Assembly (NCBI RefSeq): GCF_009914755.1
Contig: NC_060934.1
Source of the DNA: the human T2T-CHM13v2.0 reference genome, Homo sapiens
Reading direction: 5' to 3' (one strand)
DNA: 64,000 bases
A model generated the notes under the pieces. It was not told where the DNA came from and made no database searches. It saw only the letters and a list, made by a program, of their open reading frames with translations. The translations under genes were made by a program, and so were the position numbers. Below, one piece after another: positions 27,990 through 40,759 of the stretch; the first letter of the stretch is position 1, and the number at the start of each line of letters is the position of its first letter.

Positions 27990-28270
27990 GTAGATGCTTT
28001 CTAAAAGAAAATCATCTAAAACAAAGTGATACAGAAGGGTTAAAAGTTTTTTAAAAAAATCCGTGAATGCTTGAAAAAGATTGTGCAATTTCAAAAGAAA
28101 CCAAGAATTGTAATAATATAAGATGCGGCAGAATTCAAGGCAGAAAACATTAAACAGAAAGGATCATTTTTTAATAGATCATAGTGGGAGATTTTAACCA
28201 TTGTCTCTGAGAGTAAAGTATTCGGAGAATAAGCAAGACCATAGGAGATACTAAGAGATCTAGATAAACT
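27990..28270 (+). mobile_element. Old L1M ORF2 (endonuclease) fragment
   Basis: atcatagtgggagattttaac (IVGDFN) motif. Confidence 0.55.
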
Positions 28271-29173
28271 TGGCAGGAACTTCCGGTTTCATTGCTTGAC
28301 CCAATACTTCTGTGAATTACCCACTTTATTTCTTTATTGTTAACCCTCTCTCTCAACTATTGGGTACCTTCTCAATTTGGTTAATGAGTCACTTGGCATA
28401 CAGTTCTCGGGTTCTTTGACATTTTCTGGTAGAAAGTGAATCCTAAGTATTTTGCGAAATAAATTTCAGGGTTCTTGTAGAGTCATAAAGAGGCAAATGA
28501 ATGAAATGAATTAGGCACATTTCTTTTGAGTCCAAGATCTAATTCTGTTCACACACACACACCTTTGCCTATCAAGCCTAACCATGAAGAAAATGATACG
28601 TAAACTTCTAAGTGATATGGTACACATTTCTGCTTCCAAAATGGGATAGATATACTTTTCCATAGTTTTACCTATTATTCTTGCTAAGTAGAGCTAAAAT
28701 CCCTGGACATTACATTTAAAAACAAACATAAGAAAACAGAAAAATGGAGAGAACTGGGTGGATCTGCTCAGGACCCAGATAATATCACAGTAAAAGTCCT
28801 GAGTTTTCTTATTACCTTATGTATTTCAGAATGGTGCAGAAAAGCTGGCAATCCAGAAATGTTGGGCACAGACAAAAGCCCCAGGAAAAAAATGATGCTC
28901 TTTAGCTGGGGACCAGGAAAAGGGTAGCCTAGCAAGACAGAAAATAACCACTTCAGCCAAAGAACATAGAAGAGTCACCCTGATTAGCAAAGACCAAGTG
29001 AGGACCTAGACTTTCACAGTGTTTAGGCTGTAACAAGACAACTCCTCACTCCATAGTGGCAGCAGAGCCAATATGGGAAGCAGTAACCATAGGCAGGGAG
29101 CCTGAACTCCCACGTATGCTTAATATGAGTCCCTTCTTCCCTTCACCCCCAAGTTCTTTGGTATACAAAAGCC

Positions 29174-30202
29174 TGTGGGCGGCAAGCCACCCAGGCACCG
29201 AGGCAAGAGACAGGGGACACGAGCTGTTCCAGTATAATAAAATATAAAACAAGAATAGTTATACCAGATATAGATCTTAGATATGATTATATATGAATAT
29301 CATTAATCATTAGTTTGTAGCAATTACTTTTTATTCCAATATTATGATAATCCTCACTCTATAATCATAGTCTAGGAAAAACCAGGCCATACAGAGATAG
29401 GAGCTGAGGGGACATAGTGAGGTGTGACCAGAAGACAAGAGTGCAAGCCTTCTGTTATGCCCGGACAGGGCCACCAGAGGGCTCCTTGGTCTGGCAGTGA
29501 CGCCAGCGTCTGGGAAGACGCCCGTTACCAGGCGGATCGTGGTCCAGCAGTAGCAAAAGGTGTCAAGGAACAACACCCGCTCCTTAGCAGACTGGGAAGC
29601 GGGGGGGAGGGTCTCCTTTTCCCCGGGGGAGTTTAGAGAAGACTTTGCTCCTCCACCTCTTGTGGAGGGCCTGACATCAGTCAGGCTCTCCCGCAGTTAT
29701 CCGGAGGCCTAACCGTCTCCCTGTGATGCTGTGCTTCAGTGGTCCCACTCCTAGTCTGCCTTCATGTTCCATCCTGTACACCTGGCTCTGCCTTCCAGAT
29801 AGCAGTAGTAAATTAGTGAAAATACTGATAGTCCCTGATATGCAGAAATAATGGCGTAAGCTGTCTTTCTCTGTCTCCTCTCCCTCTCTGTCTCCTCTCC
29901 CTCTCTGCCTCAGCTGCCAGGCAGGGAAGGGCCCCCTGTCCAGTGGACATGTGACCCACGTGACCTTACCTATCATTGGAGGTGACTCACATTCTTTACC
30001 CTGCCCCTTCTGCCTTGTATCCAACAAATAACAGTGCAGCCAGACATTCGGGGCCACTACCGGTCTCCGCGCATTGGTGGTAGTGGTCCCCCGGGCCCAG
30101 CTGCTTTTTCTCTTGTCTCTTTGTCTTGTGTCTTTATTTCTACACTCTCTCGTTGCCGCACACAGGGAGGGACCCACCGACCCTGTGGGGCTGGTCCCTA
30201 CA
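29174..30202 (+). mobile_element. Solo LTR13 (HERV-K13/HML-4 family LTR)
   Basis: tgtgggcggcaagccacccagg ... gaccctgtggggctggtccctaca; perfect 6-bp TSD AAAGCC (29168-29173, 30203-30208), typical of betaretrovirus-like ERVs. Confidence 0.9.
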
Positions 30203-30455
30203 AAAGCCTAGTGAGAAACCTGCACTTCCACCCCCCACTAGGCATTTTTTCCACCAGAGCAATGTCAAAGGAAGCTTACTATAATGGAATATTAAAAGTA
30301 GATCCAGTCACCTAATGTAATAACCCAAATATCCAGGTTTCAATGAAAAAAACCTCTCATACCAAGAAGCAGGAAAGTGTCAGCTCAAATTAGAAAAGAC
30401 AGTTAATACATGCTGACACTGAAATAACACAGATACTAGAATTATTTGACAAGAA

Positions 30456-31933
30456 TTTTTTTATTGTACTTTAAGTTTTGGGATACATGTGCAGAATGTG
30501 CAGGTTTGTTACATAGGTATACACGTGGCATGGTGGTTTGCTGCACCCATCATCCCGTCATCTACATTAGGTATTTCTCCTAATGCTATCTCTGCCCTAG
30601 CTCCCCACCCCGCAACAGGCCCCGGTGTGTGATGTTCCCCTCCCTGTGTCCATGTGTTCTCATTGTTCACCTCCCACATAAGAGTGAGAACATGTGGTGG
30701 TTGGTTTTCTATTCCTATGTTAGTTTGCTGAGAATGATGGTTTCCAGATTCATCCATGTCCCTGCAAAGGACATGAACTCATCCTTTTTGATGGCTGCAT
30801 AGTATTCTATGGTATATATGTGCCACTTTTTATTTATCCAGTCTGTCATTGATGGGCATTTGGGTTGGTTCCCAGTCTTTGCTGTTGTGAACAGTGCTGC
30901 AGTAAACATACATGTGCATGTGGCTTTATAGTAGAATGATTTATAAGCCTTTGGGTATATACCCAGTAATGGGATTGCTGGGTCAAATGGTGTTTCTGGT
31001 TCTACATCCTTGAGGAATCGCCAACTGTCTTCCACAATAGTTGAACTAATTTACACTCCCACTAACAGTGTAAAAGTGTTCCTATTTCTCCACATCCTCT
31101 CCAGCATCTGTTGTTTCCTGACTTTAATGTTCGCCATTCTAACTGGCGTGAAATGGTATCTTGTGGTTTTGATTTGCATTTCTCTAATGACCAGTGATGA
31201 TGAGCTTTTCTTCATGTGTTTGTTGGCTGCATAAATGTCTTCTTTTGAGAAGTGTCTGTTCATATGTTTCACCCACTTTTTGATGGGGTTGTTTTTTCTT
31301 GTAAATTTGTTTAAGTTCTTTGTAGATTCTGGATATTAGCCCTTTGTCAGATGGATAGATTGCAAAAATTTTCTCCCGTTCTGTAGGTTGTCTATTCACT
31401 CTGATGATAGTTTCTTTTGCTTTGCAGAAGCTCTTTAGTTTAATTAGATCCCATTTGTCAATTTTGGTTTTTGTTGCCATTGCTTTTGGTGTTTTAGTCA
31501 TGAAATCTTTGCCCATGCCTATGTCCTCAATGGTATTGCCTAGGTTTTCTTCTAGGATTTTTATGTGTTATGTCTTACATTTAAGTCTTTAATCCATCCT
31601 GAGTTAATTTTTGTATAAGGTGTAAGGAAGGGGTCCAGTTTCAGTTTTCTGCATATGACTAGCCAGTTTTCCCAACACCATTTGTTAAGTAGGGAATCCT
31701 TTCCCCATTGCTTGCTTTTGTCAGGTTTGTCAAAGATCAGATCGTTGTAGATGTGTGGTGTTATTTCTGAGGCCTCTGTTCTGTTCCATTGGTCTATATA
31801 TCTGTTTTGGTACCAGTACCATGCTGTTTTGGTTACTGTAGCTTTGTAGTATAGTTTGAAGTCAGGTAGTGTGGTGCCTCGAGCTTTGTTCTTTCTGCTT
31901 AGGATTGTCTTGGCTATACGGGCTCTTTTTTGG
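30456..31933 (-). mobile_element. L1PA7/8-like, 3' non-inverted segment
   Basis: 3'UTR and ORF2 C-terminus ([31 protein letters not shown]) on the minus strand. Confidence 0.95.
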
Positions 31934-31934
31934 G

Positions 31935-34326
31935 CATGTGCAAAGACACTCATAGGCTCAAAATAAAGGGATGGAGGAATATTTACCAAGCAAATGGAAA
32001 GCAAAAAAAAAAAAAGCAGGGGTTGCGATTCTAGTCTCTGATAAAACAGACTTTAAACCAACAAAGATAAAAAGACAAAGAAGGGCATTATATAATGGTA
32101 AAGGGATCAATGCAACAAGAAGAGCTAACTCTCCTAAATATATATGCACCCAATACAGAAGCACCCAGATTCATAAAGCAAGTTCTTAGAGACCTACAAA
32201 GAGACTTAGACCCCCGTACAATAATAGTGGGCGACTTAATACCCAACTGTCAATATCAGACAGATCGAGACAGAAAATTAACAAGGATATCCAGGAGTTG
32301 AACTCAGCTCTGGACCAAGCGGACCTAATAGACATCGATAGAACTCTCCACCCCAAATCAACAGAATATACACTCTTCTCAGCACCACATCACACTTATT
32401 CTAAAATTGACCACATAATTGGAAGTAAAACACTCCTCAGCAAATGCAAAAGAGCAGAAATCATAACAGTCTCTCAGACCACAGTGCAAACAAATTAGAA
32501 CTCAGGATTAAGAAACTCGCTCAAAACCACACAACTACATGGAAACCGAACAACTTGCTCCTGAATGACTACTGGGTAAATAATGAAATTAAGGCAGAAG
32601 TAAATAAGTTCTTTGAAACCAATGAGAACAAAGACACAATGTATCAGAATCTCTGGGACACAGCTAAAGCAGTGTTTAGAAGGAAATTTATAGCACTAAA
32701 TGCCCACAGGAGAAAGCAGGAAAGATCTAAAATCGACACCCTAACATCACAATTAAAAGAACTAGAGAAGCAAGATGAAACAAGTTCAAAAGCTAGCAGA
32801 AGACAAGAAATAACTAAGATCAGAGCAGAACTGAAGGAGATACAGACACGGAAAACCCCTCAAAAAATCAGTGAATCCAGGAGCTGGTTGTTTGAAAAGA
32901 TTAACAAAATAGACTGCTAGTCAGACTAATAAAGAAGAAAAGATAAAAGAATCAAATAGACAAAATAAAAAATGATAAAGGTGATATCACCACTGATCCC
33001 ACAGAAATACAAACTACCGTCAGAGAATACTATAAACACCTCTATGCAAATAAACTAGAAAATCTAGAAGAAATGGGGAAATTCCTGGACACATATAGCC
33101 TCCCAAGACTAAACCAGGAAAAAGTTGAATCCCTGAATAGACCAATAACAAGTTCTGAAATTGAGGCAGTACTTAATAGCCTGCTAACCAAAAAAAAGCC
33201 CAGGACCAGACGGATTCACAGCCGAATTCTACCAGAGGTACAAAGAGGAGCTGGTACCATTCCTTCTGAAACTACTCCAAACAATAGAAAAAGAGAGACT
33301 TCTCCGTAACTCATTTTATGAGGCCAGCATTATCCTGATACCAAAACCTGGCAGAGACACAACAAAAAAAGAAAATTTCAGGCCAATATCCCTGATGAAC
33401 ATTGATGCGAAAATCCTCAGTAAAATCCTGGCAAACCAAATCCAGCAGCACATCAAAAAGCTTATCCACCATGATCAAGTCTGCTTCATCCCTGGGATGC
33501 AAGGCTGTTTCAACAGATGCAAATCAATAAACATAATCCATCACATAAATAGAACCAATGACAAAAACCACATGATTATCTCAATAGATGCAGAAAAGGC
33601 CTTTGACAAAATTCAATAGCCCCTCATGCTAAAAACTCAACAAACTAAGTATTGATGGAACTTATCTCAAAATAGTAAAAGCTGTTTATGACAAACCCAC
33701 AGCCAATATCATACTGAATGGGCAAAAGCTAGAAGCATTCCCTTTGAAAACCAGCACAAGGCAAGGATGTCCTCTCTCACTACTCCTATTCAATATAGTA
33801 TTGGAAGTTCTGGCCAGGGCAATCAGGCAAGAGAAATAAATAAGGGTTATTCAAATAGGAAGATAGGAAGTCAAATTGTCTCTGTTTGCAGATGACATGG
33901 TTGTATATTTAGAAAACCCCATCGTCTCAGCCCAAAATCTCCTTAAGCTGATAAGCAACATCAGCAAAGTCTTAGCATACAAAATCAATGTGCAAAAATC
34001 ACAAGCATTCCCATACACCAGTAATAGACAAACAGAGAGCCAAATCATGAGTGAACTCCCATTCACAATTGGTACAAAGAGAATAAAATACCTAGGAATA
34101 CATCTTACAAGGGATGTGAAGGACCTCTTCAAGGAGAACTGCCAGCCACTGCTCAAGGAAGTAAGAGGGGACACAGACAAATGGAAAAACATTCCATGCT
34201 TATGGATAGAAGAATCAATATCATGAAAATGACCATACTGCTCTAAGTAATTTATAGATTCAATGCTATCCCCATCAAGCCACCATTGACTTTCTTCACA
34301 GAATTAGAAAAAATAACTTTGAATTT
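31935..34326 (+). mobile_element. L1PA7/8-like, inverted 5' segment of the same insertion
   Basis: ORF2 EN-RT ([17 protein letters not shown]) on the plus strand, ending about 9 nt short of where the minus segment begins in L1 coordinates. Confidence 0.93.
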
Positions 34327-34565
34327 TTTTTTTTTTTTTTTTTTTGAGACAGAGTCTCACTCTGTCACCCAGGCTGGAGTGCAGTGGCATGTGATCATAG
34401 CTCACAGCAATCTCAAACTCCTGGGCTTGAATGATTGTCCCGCCTCAGCCTCCTGAGGTCTCGCTATGGTGCCCAGGCTGGTCTCAAACTGCTGGGCTAA
34501 GCGATCCTCCTGCCTTAGCCTCCCAAAGTGTTGGGATTGTACCCATGAGTCATGGCACCTCGCCC
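34324..34565 (-). mobile_element. Alu (AluJ-like) with internal deletion
   Basis: cctcagcctcctgag joins directly to gtctcgctatgg (linker region lost); TSD-like tgacaagaatttt (30447) / tgacacaaatttt (34566). Confidence 0.88.
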
Positions 34566-34804
34566 TGACACAAATTTTAAAGGAGTCATCAAGACAGTGC
34601 TTCAACAAGCAGTTATGAACATGCTTGAAATAAATTAAAAAAAAAGGAAGTTTTCAGCATAGCAAATAAATAGGTAAAGAAAAACCAATTGGAAACTTTA
34701 TAACTGAAAAATACAGTAACCAAAATAAAATCTTAATGGGTAAAACTGTAGCAAAACTGACACAAAAAAAAGAAGACACAAATCATCAGGAGTAAAATAA
34801 GAGA

Positions 34805-35032
34805 TACAGGTTGAGTATCCTTCATCTGAGATGCTTGGGTCCAAAAATGTTTCGGATTTCAGATTTTTTCAGATTTTAGAATATTTGCATTGGTTGAGCA
34901 TCCCGAATTCAAAAACCCAAAATCTAAAAATGCTCCAGTGAGCATTTGCTTTGAGTGTCTTGTTGGTACTCTTAAAGTTTCAGATTTTGGAGCATTTCGG
35001 ATTTCAGATTATCAGATTTGGGATGCTCCACC
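34805..35032. mobile_element. Tigger4a/MER46 MITE, opposite orientation to the 24388 copy
   Basis: tacaggttgagtatccttcatctgagatgcttggg...ttttggagcatttcggatttcaga...gggatgctcca. Confidence 0.85.
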
Positions 35033-37542
35033 ACTCTGGAGCCTGTGGACATGAAAAGGATACTATTTTTAAAAATCTACAGAAATAAATTTGACAACTT
35101 TGATGAAATAAACTAAGTTTTCAGAAAGTACAACATACTGCAAGTCACTCAGTATGGCATAGATAATTTGAATAGTGCTACAACTTAATAGAACTTTATA
35201 ATTTTAAAATGAAAATAGGCCCGAATGATTTCATTGGAGAATTCTAGCAAAGGCTTAAAGAAGAATTTACACTATTTCTGTGTAGTCTCTGCCAGAAAAT
35301 AAGGGAATACTTCCTAATTCATTTATGAAATCAGTATTATTTTGCTACCAAAAGCAAAGACAATACCAAAAAAAAAAACCTACCAATAAAGACCAACTCC
35401 TTTTTAAGTATAGATGTAGATAATCCTTAACAAAATGTTAATCAGTATAATCCAACGGTATATAAATAGAATTAAACACAATGACCAAGTGGACTTTATT
35501 TTGGGAATGCAAGATTGATTCAACATTTGAAAATCTGTCAATGTAATCTATCAATGTAACCATATTAACAGGATCATGAAGAAAATATATCAAATGCTAT
35601 AGAAGCATTTGACAAAATTCAATACCATTTATGATTAAAACTCTTAGAAAACTAGGAATAGAAGCAAACTTCCTCAACTGGATAAAGAATATTTATAGAA
35701 AATAAACAGCATCATACCTGATGAAAGACTGAATGCTTTCCCCTTATGATTGGAAACAAGGTGACAAGGATGCACACACTCACAACTCTTATTCAACAAA
35801 ATATTGGGAGTTCCACCCAGCACAGTAAAACAAGCGGGGGGAAAGCCCTGACAATTGGAAAAGGAGAAATGAAACACCTTCCTTTTCGCCTGTGACGTGA
35901 TCATCTGTTTAGAAAATCCTAAGTAATCTACAAAAAATCTGTGGAACTAATAATGTAGCAGGATCACAAGATACATTTAAAAAGCAATTGAATTTCTCTA
36001 CACTAGCAATGAACGTGTGAAAACCATAATTAAAAGTGAAATACTATTTGGAATTGCTAAAAAAAAAGTGAAATACCTAGATATCAGTCTAACAAGACAT
36101 GCATAGGACTTGTTGGATGAAAACTATTAAATGTTGATGAAAGAAATCAAAGACCCAAATGAATGGAAAGACATACTGTGCTCATAGATTGGAAGACTCA
36201 GCATGTTATAAATGACTATTTTCCTAAAATAGATGTAATACAAGTTTAACAAAATTTCAGCAGGTTCTTTTTGTAAATATAGACAAAATTTTTCTACGAT
36301 TTATATGAAAAGACAGAAGAACCAGAGTAGCTAGTTTTTCATACAGTTTTGAAAAAGATAAGGTGGGAGGAAACACTCTATACTCAATTTCGACTTATAA
36401 AGATAGCATAATCAAGACAGTGTAGTATTGGCAGACAGATAGACACATAGGTCAGTGGAACAGACTAGAAACCCAGAAATAGCTCCACACAAGTAAAGCC
36501 AATTGATTTTGACAGACGTACAAAAGAGACTCAGTGGAGGAAAGTGGCCTGTTCAAATGGTACTGGCACAGTTGGATAGCCATAGGCAACAAAATAAACC
36601 TTGACCTAAACCTTGTGCAAAAATTAACTGCAAGTGGATCATAGATTCTAAATGTAAACCCTACAACCATAAAACTTAAAACATGGAAAAAAAAATCTCT
36701 GGGACATTTGTGATTCATTTGTATCATGGAATCCTACTCAGCAATAAGAAGGGAATGTGATGTATATGCAACTAATCAGAACTCTTAAAGACATTATGCT
36801 GAGTGAAGAAAAGTCAGCTCGAAAAGTCACATATGTATGACTGCATTTATAGAACATTCTTGAAATGACAAAATTATAGACATGGAGGACAAATAACAGA
36901 TTAGTTGTTGCCAGGGATTAGGGATGGGGTTATGGGAACAGAGAGGGAAGTGAATGTGACTATAAAGCAGGTAGTCTTTGTGGCGATGGAACAGTTTTGT
37001 ATCTTGATTGTGATTGGTGGTAGTGACACAAATCTGCACCTGTGATAAAGCGATACATAGCTATACACACACACTGTACTAATGTCAGTTTCCTAGTTTT
37101 GATTTTATATTATAGTAAGATGTAACCATGGGAGAAACTGGGTGCAGGGTACAGGGGACCTCTTTTGCTATCTTTGGAACTTCCTTTGAATCTAAAATTA
37201 TTTCAAAATTAAAAAAAAATTTTTTTAAATTATCCTAGCTAAAGCATCAAGTGAAAGTTCTTAAGAGAAAAAAAGAAAACAAGGGAAGGGAAGGTACAGG
37301 ATGTCTGGGAAATTGTCTGTGACATTTAAACTGGTTTTTGCCCAGGGGGCATTTGCCAAATCTGGTTTCCTTTCCTCAGCATCAGAGAGCATTGAGGAAC
37401 CTGAGGAAATAATAAGGTCTTTCTTTCTGGGATGATGAATCTGATACGTTCTTCCTCTTCACCTTAAAGCTGAGACTCAGCTAAACTGGAAACCACCACC
37501 AATCCCACCATCCTTCAAGATTGCAGGGAAAGTTGATTTTCT

Positions 37543-37733
37543 GCATGCTTCTTAGTTTTTAATGTGCATCAGAATCACATGGAGGTCTTGTTAAAACAAA
37601 GATTGCTGGGCAACATCCCCAGAGTGTAAGATTCAGTAGGTCTGGGGTGAGACTTTTAAAATTTGTACCTCTAATAAGTTTCCAGATGATAGTGATTTTG
37701 CTGGTCGGGAACCACACTGCAAAAATTATTTGT
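37543..37733. mobile_element. MER5A hAT MITE
   Basis: gtgcatcagaatcacatggaggtcttgttaaaacaaagattgctggg...gattcagtaggtctggggtg...gaaccacactg. Confidence 0.85.
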
Positions 37734-38282
37734 ATAGCTAAAACCTTGTCGGAGTGAATATGGGGGCAAGATCACTGCTGAGAATTTTAAGCAACCAGCT
37801 GACCCTTGTATAATTTGCAGTGCGAATTTAACGCTGTGTAGGTGATCTAAAAAAAAAAAAGAAAAAGAATTCCCTAAGATAATTTATCCCCATAATGGCA
37901 GTATACATAGACTGGCAGTGAGTATCCCCAGACTCTTGTAGAAGCTAACAGAAATTCTCTTTGGAGAAACTCATCTCCATCCCAGAGTTGAAAGTTTTCC
38001 TAGAAATAAAATTCTAAGTAAGTAGAACAACTGTGATAGTCAAAAAGAAAAACATAAAGAAACTAAGCACTGTGAGCAGGACTCAACAGCAGACCTGCTG
38101 GAAAATAGGAATAGGCAGCTACAGAATATGAAGTAAGTGTTTCATATGTTTCAACAAAAGTTGAAAATATGTTCCAAGATTCAGAAACTATAAAGACTAT
38201 TCAAAGAGATTTTTTAAAAATAGCTAGAATTTATACAATTGAAAATTATAGTAGTTGAAACTTTATTAAAAGTCCTCAATAG

Positions 38283-38598
<316 letters not shown>

Positions 38599-39617
38599 TT
38601 AACTGCAGATTATATAAACTCAAAAAAGGAAATAATGAACTGAATAATTACTCAACAAGCATTCAAGAGAAACAGTTGAAAAGTACGAAAGAGAAGTTAT
38701 ACATATTTAAAAATAAATATTTATCTGAATGGTTTTCTGTAAGAGAGAATGGTAAACAACAGTTAAAAGAATAATGGCTAAGAATTTTCTGCATCTTGTG
38801 AACAACACTAAACTATACATTGAAGAAGCACAGGAACCTAAGGTGGTTAAATAAATAAATCCTCACTTAGCCTTGTTACAATAAAACAGCAGAACATCAA
38901 AGACAAAGAAAAGATCTTTGATATATCTGGGGAGGAAGACAGATTTACCGTGAATAAGGTCACACCCAGAAGACAGGGGAACATTTTCTTAAATTAAAAT
39001 AAAAATCTAGAATTTTATACTAAGAGAATAAATCCAGGGAAATTCATACGTTTCTTGCAGACAAAAACTGAGCATTTGCAATTAGGAAGTCTTCACTTGA
39101 AATTTAGAAGTGTGTACTCTAGGCATGAAGAAAGTTGACTCTCAGACAGGAGGCCAGAGATACAAGAAAGATCAAAAAGCATAAGAGTAATAAATATCTT
39201 AGTAAATCTAAACAAACATTTTTATAAAACAGTAATCATTTTCATAGGCTTTAAAGCATATTAATATATATGTCAATGATAGCACGTAAGTCAGAAGGAT
39301 GAATGGAGTTTCTGTAAGGTACTTGTGAGGACAGTAAAGACACATAACTTTTCAGAGTCTAAAGTTAATCAGTATGTGTGTCATAATAGCAGATAGAAGA
39401 AATAGAGGTAATAACTTGTGAAATAACATAGAGGATGAAATAAGGGAAAATATGAAATCCAAAAGGAGAAAAACCCAGAAACACATAGTTCACAGATTAA
39501 GTAGAAAACAACGTGATGGATATAAATCCAAATATATCATTAACTACATTAAATGTAAGATGAATTAAGCCCCAATTAGTTTGAGTGGCCTACTGAATTT
39601 TTAAAATCCAACTATGT

Positions 39618-39898
39618 GGCCTGGCATGATGGCTCACACCTATAGTCCCAGAACTTCAGGAGGCCGAGGCAGGTGGATCACTTGAGGTCAAGAGTTCAAG
39701 ACCAGCCTGGCCAACATGGTGAAACCCCGTCTTCACTAAAAATACAAAAATTAGCTGGTTCTAATGGCATGTGCCTGTAATCCCAGCTGCTTGGGAAGCT
39801 GAGGCAGGAGAATCGTTTCAACCTGGGAGGTGGAGGTTGCAGTGAGCTGAATTTGCACCACTACACTCCAGCCTGGGTGACAGAGTGAGACTCCGTCT

Positions 39899-39935
<37 letters not shown>
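39618..39935 (+). mobile_element. Alu (AluSx-like)
   Basis: Full dimer, tail of about 36 A, TSD aaaatccaactatgt / aaaatccaactacgt. Confidence 0.95.
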
Positions 39936-39938
<3 letters not shown>

Positions 39939-40451
39939 AACTACGTAGTTTACCAAAAAAAAAAAAAAAAAAAGTTTAAAATGGTTGAAAGTAAAAGGAT
40001 GGAAAAAAGATATATCGTGCAAATACTAATATAGGTTTTAAAGGCAAAAATCGGATTGTTTTTTGCACTGATAAAAGGTAACACTTCGATGGGAAAATAC
40101 GATTGTAAATTCCACATATTTAATGCTGTGACTACAAAGTATATAATGCAAACAAAATACCAGGAGGAAAAAGACATTCATAATCACAGTTGGAGGGTTT
40201 TTAGGCTTGTCTCATTAACTGATAGAACAAGCAGAGAATACACTGACATAAACCTTGTTTTACAAGTATTCTTTAATCTGTTTCACATCTGTAACATCTG
40301 TAGTCACATCCTGTTTTTCACCACTCATAATTGGTTTTCTGTGCCTTCTTTGTTTTTGTTTAGTCTTGCAAACACCAAATAGTAAATGCCGCTATCTTTA
40401 TGGTTTGCTAAGAATAATCAGTGATAAGTGAACATACCAGAGAGTTCATCA

Positions 40452-40748
40452 TTTTTGTTTGTGTTTTGAGACAGGGTCTCGCTCTTTTACCTATGCTGGA
40501 GTGCGGTGGCATGATCCAGGCTCATGCAGCCTTGACCTCTCGGGCTCAGGTGATCCTCCCACCTCAGCCTCTGAAGTGGGAGCTGGGACTATAGATACAT
40601 GCCACCACACCTGGCTAAATTTTGTATTTTTTAATAGAGATGGAGTTTCACCATGTTGCCCAGGCTGGTCTCGAACCCCTGGGCTCAAGCAATGCATCCA
40701 CCTCGGCCTTCCAAAGTGGTGGGGTTATAGGTTACACTGCACCTGGCC
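40452..40748 (-). mobile_element. Alu (AluJ-like)
   Basis: gacagggtctcgctct...gggctcaggtgatcctcccacc...cacctggcc. Confidence 0.93.
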
Positions 40749-40759
40749 ATCAATCTTAT

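Larger units (their letters stand above)
28625..37219 (+). mobile_element. L1MC/MD-like element (5' region, ORF2 pieces, 3' UTR) hosting nested LTR13, L1PA, Alu and MER46
   Basis: Sequence resumes colinearly across each insert (e.g. gaattatttgacaa|...|tgacacaaattttaaaggag...gcttcaacaagc); 3' end atgtaaccatgggagaaactggg...tctaaaattatttcaaaatt(A)n. Confidence 0.75.

Noticed and set aside
29677-30177. 166-aa minus-strand ORF
   Set aside because: Lies wholly within LTR13 in antisense; no recognisable protein features.
31561-32004. 147-aa ORF with a novel-looking N-terminus
   Set aside because: Artefact of reading across the L1 inversion junction.
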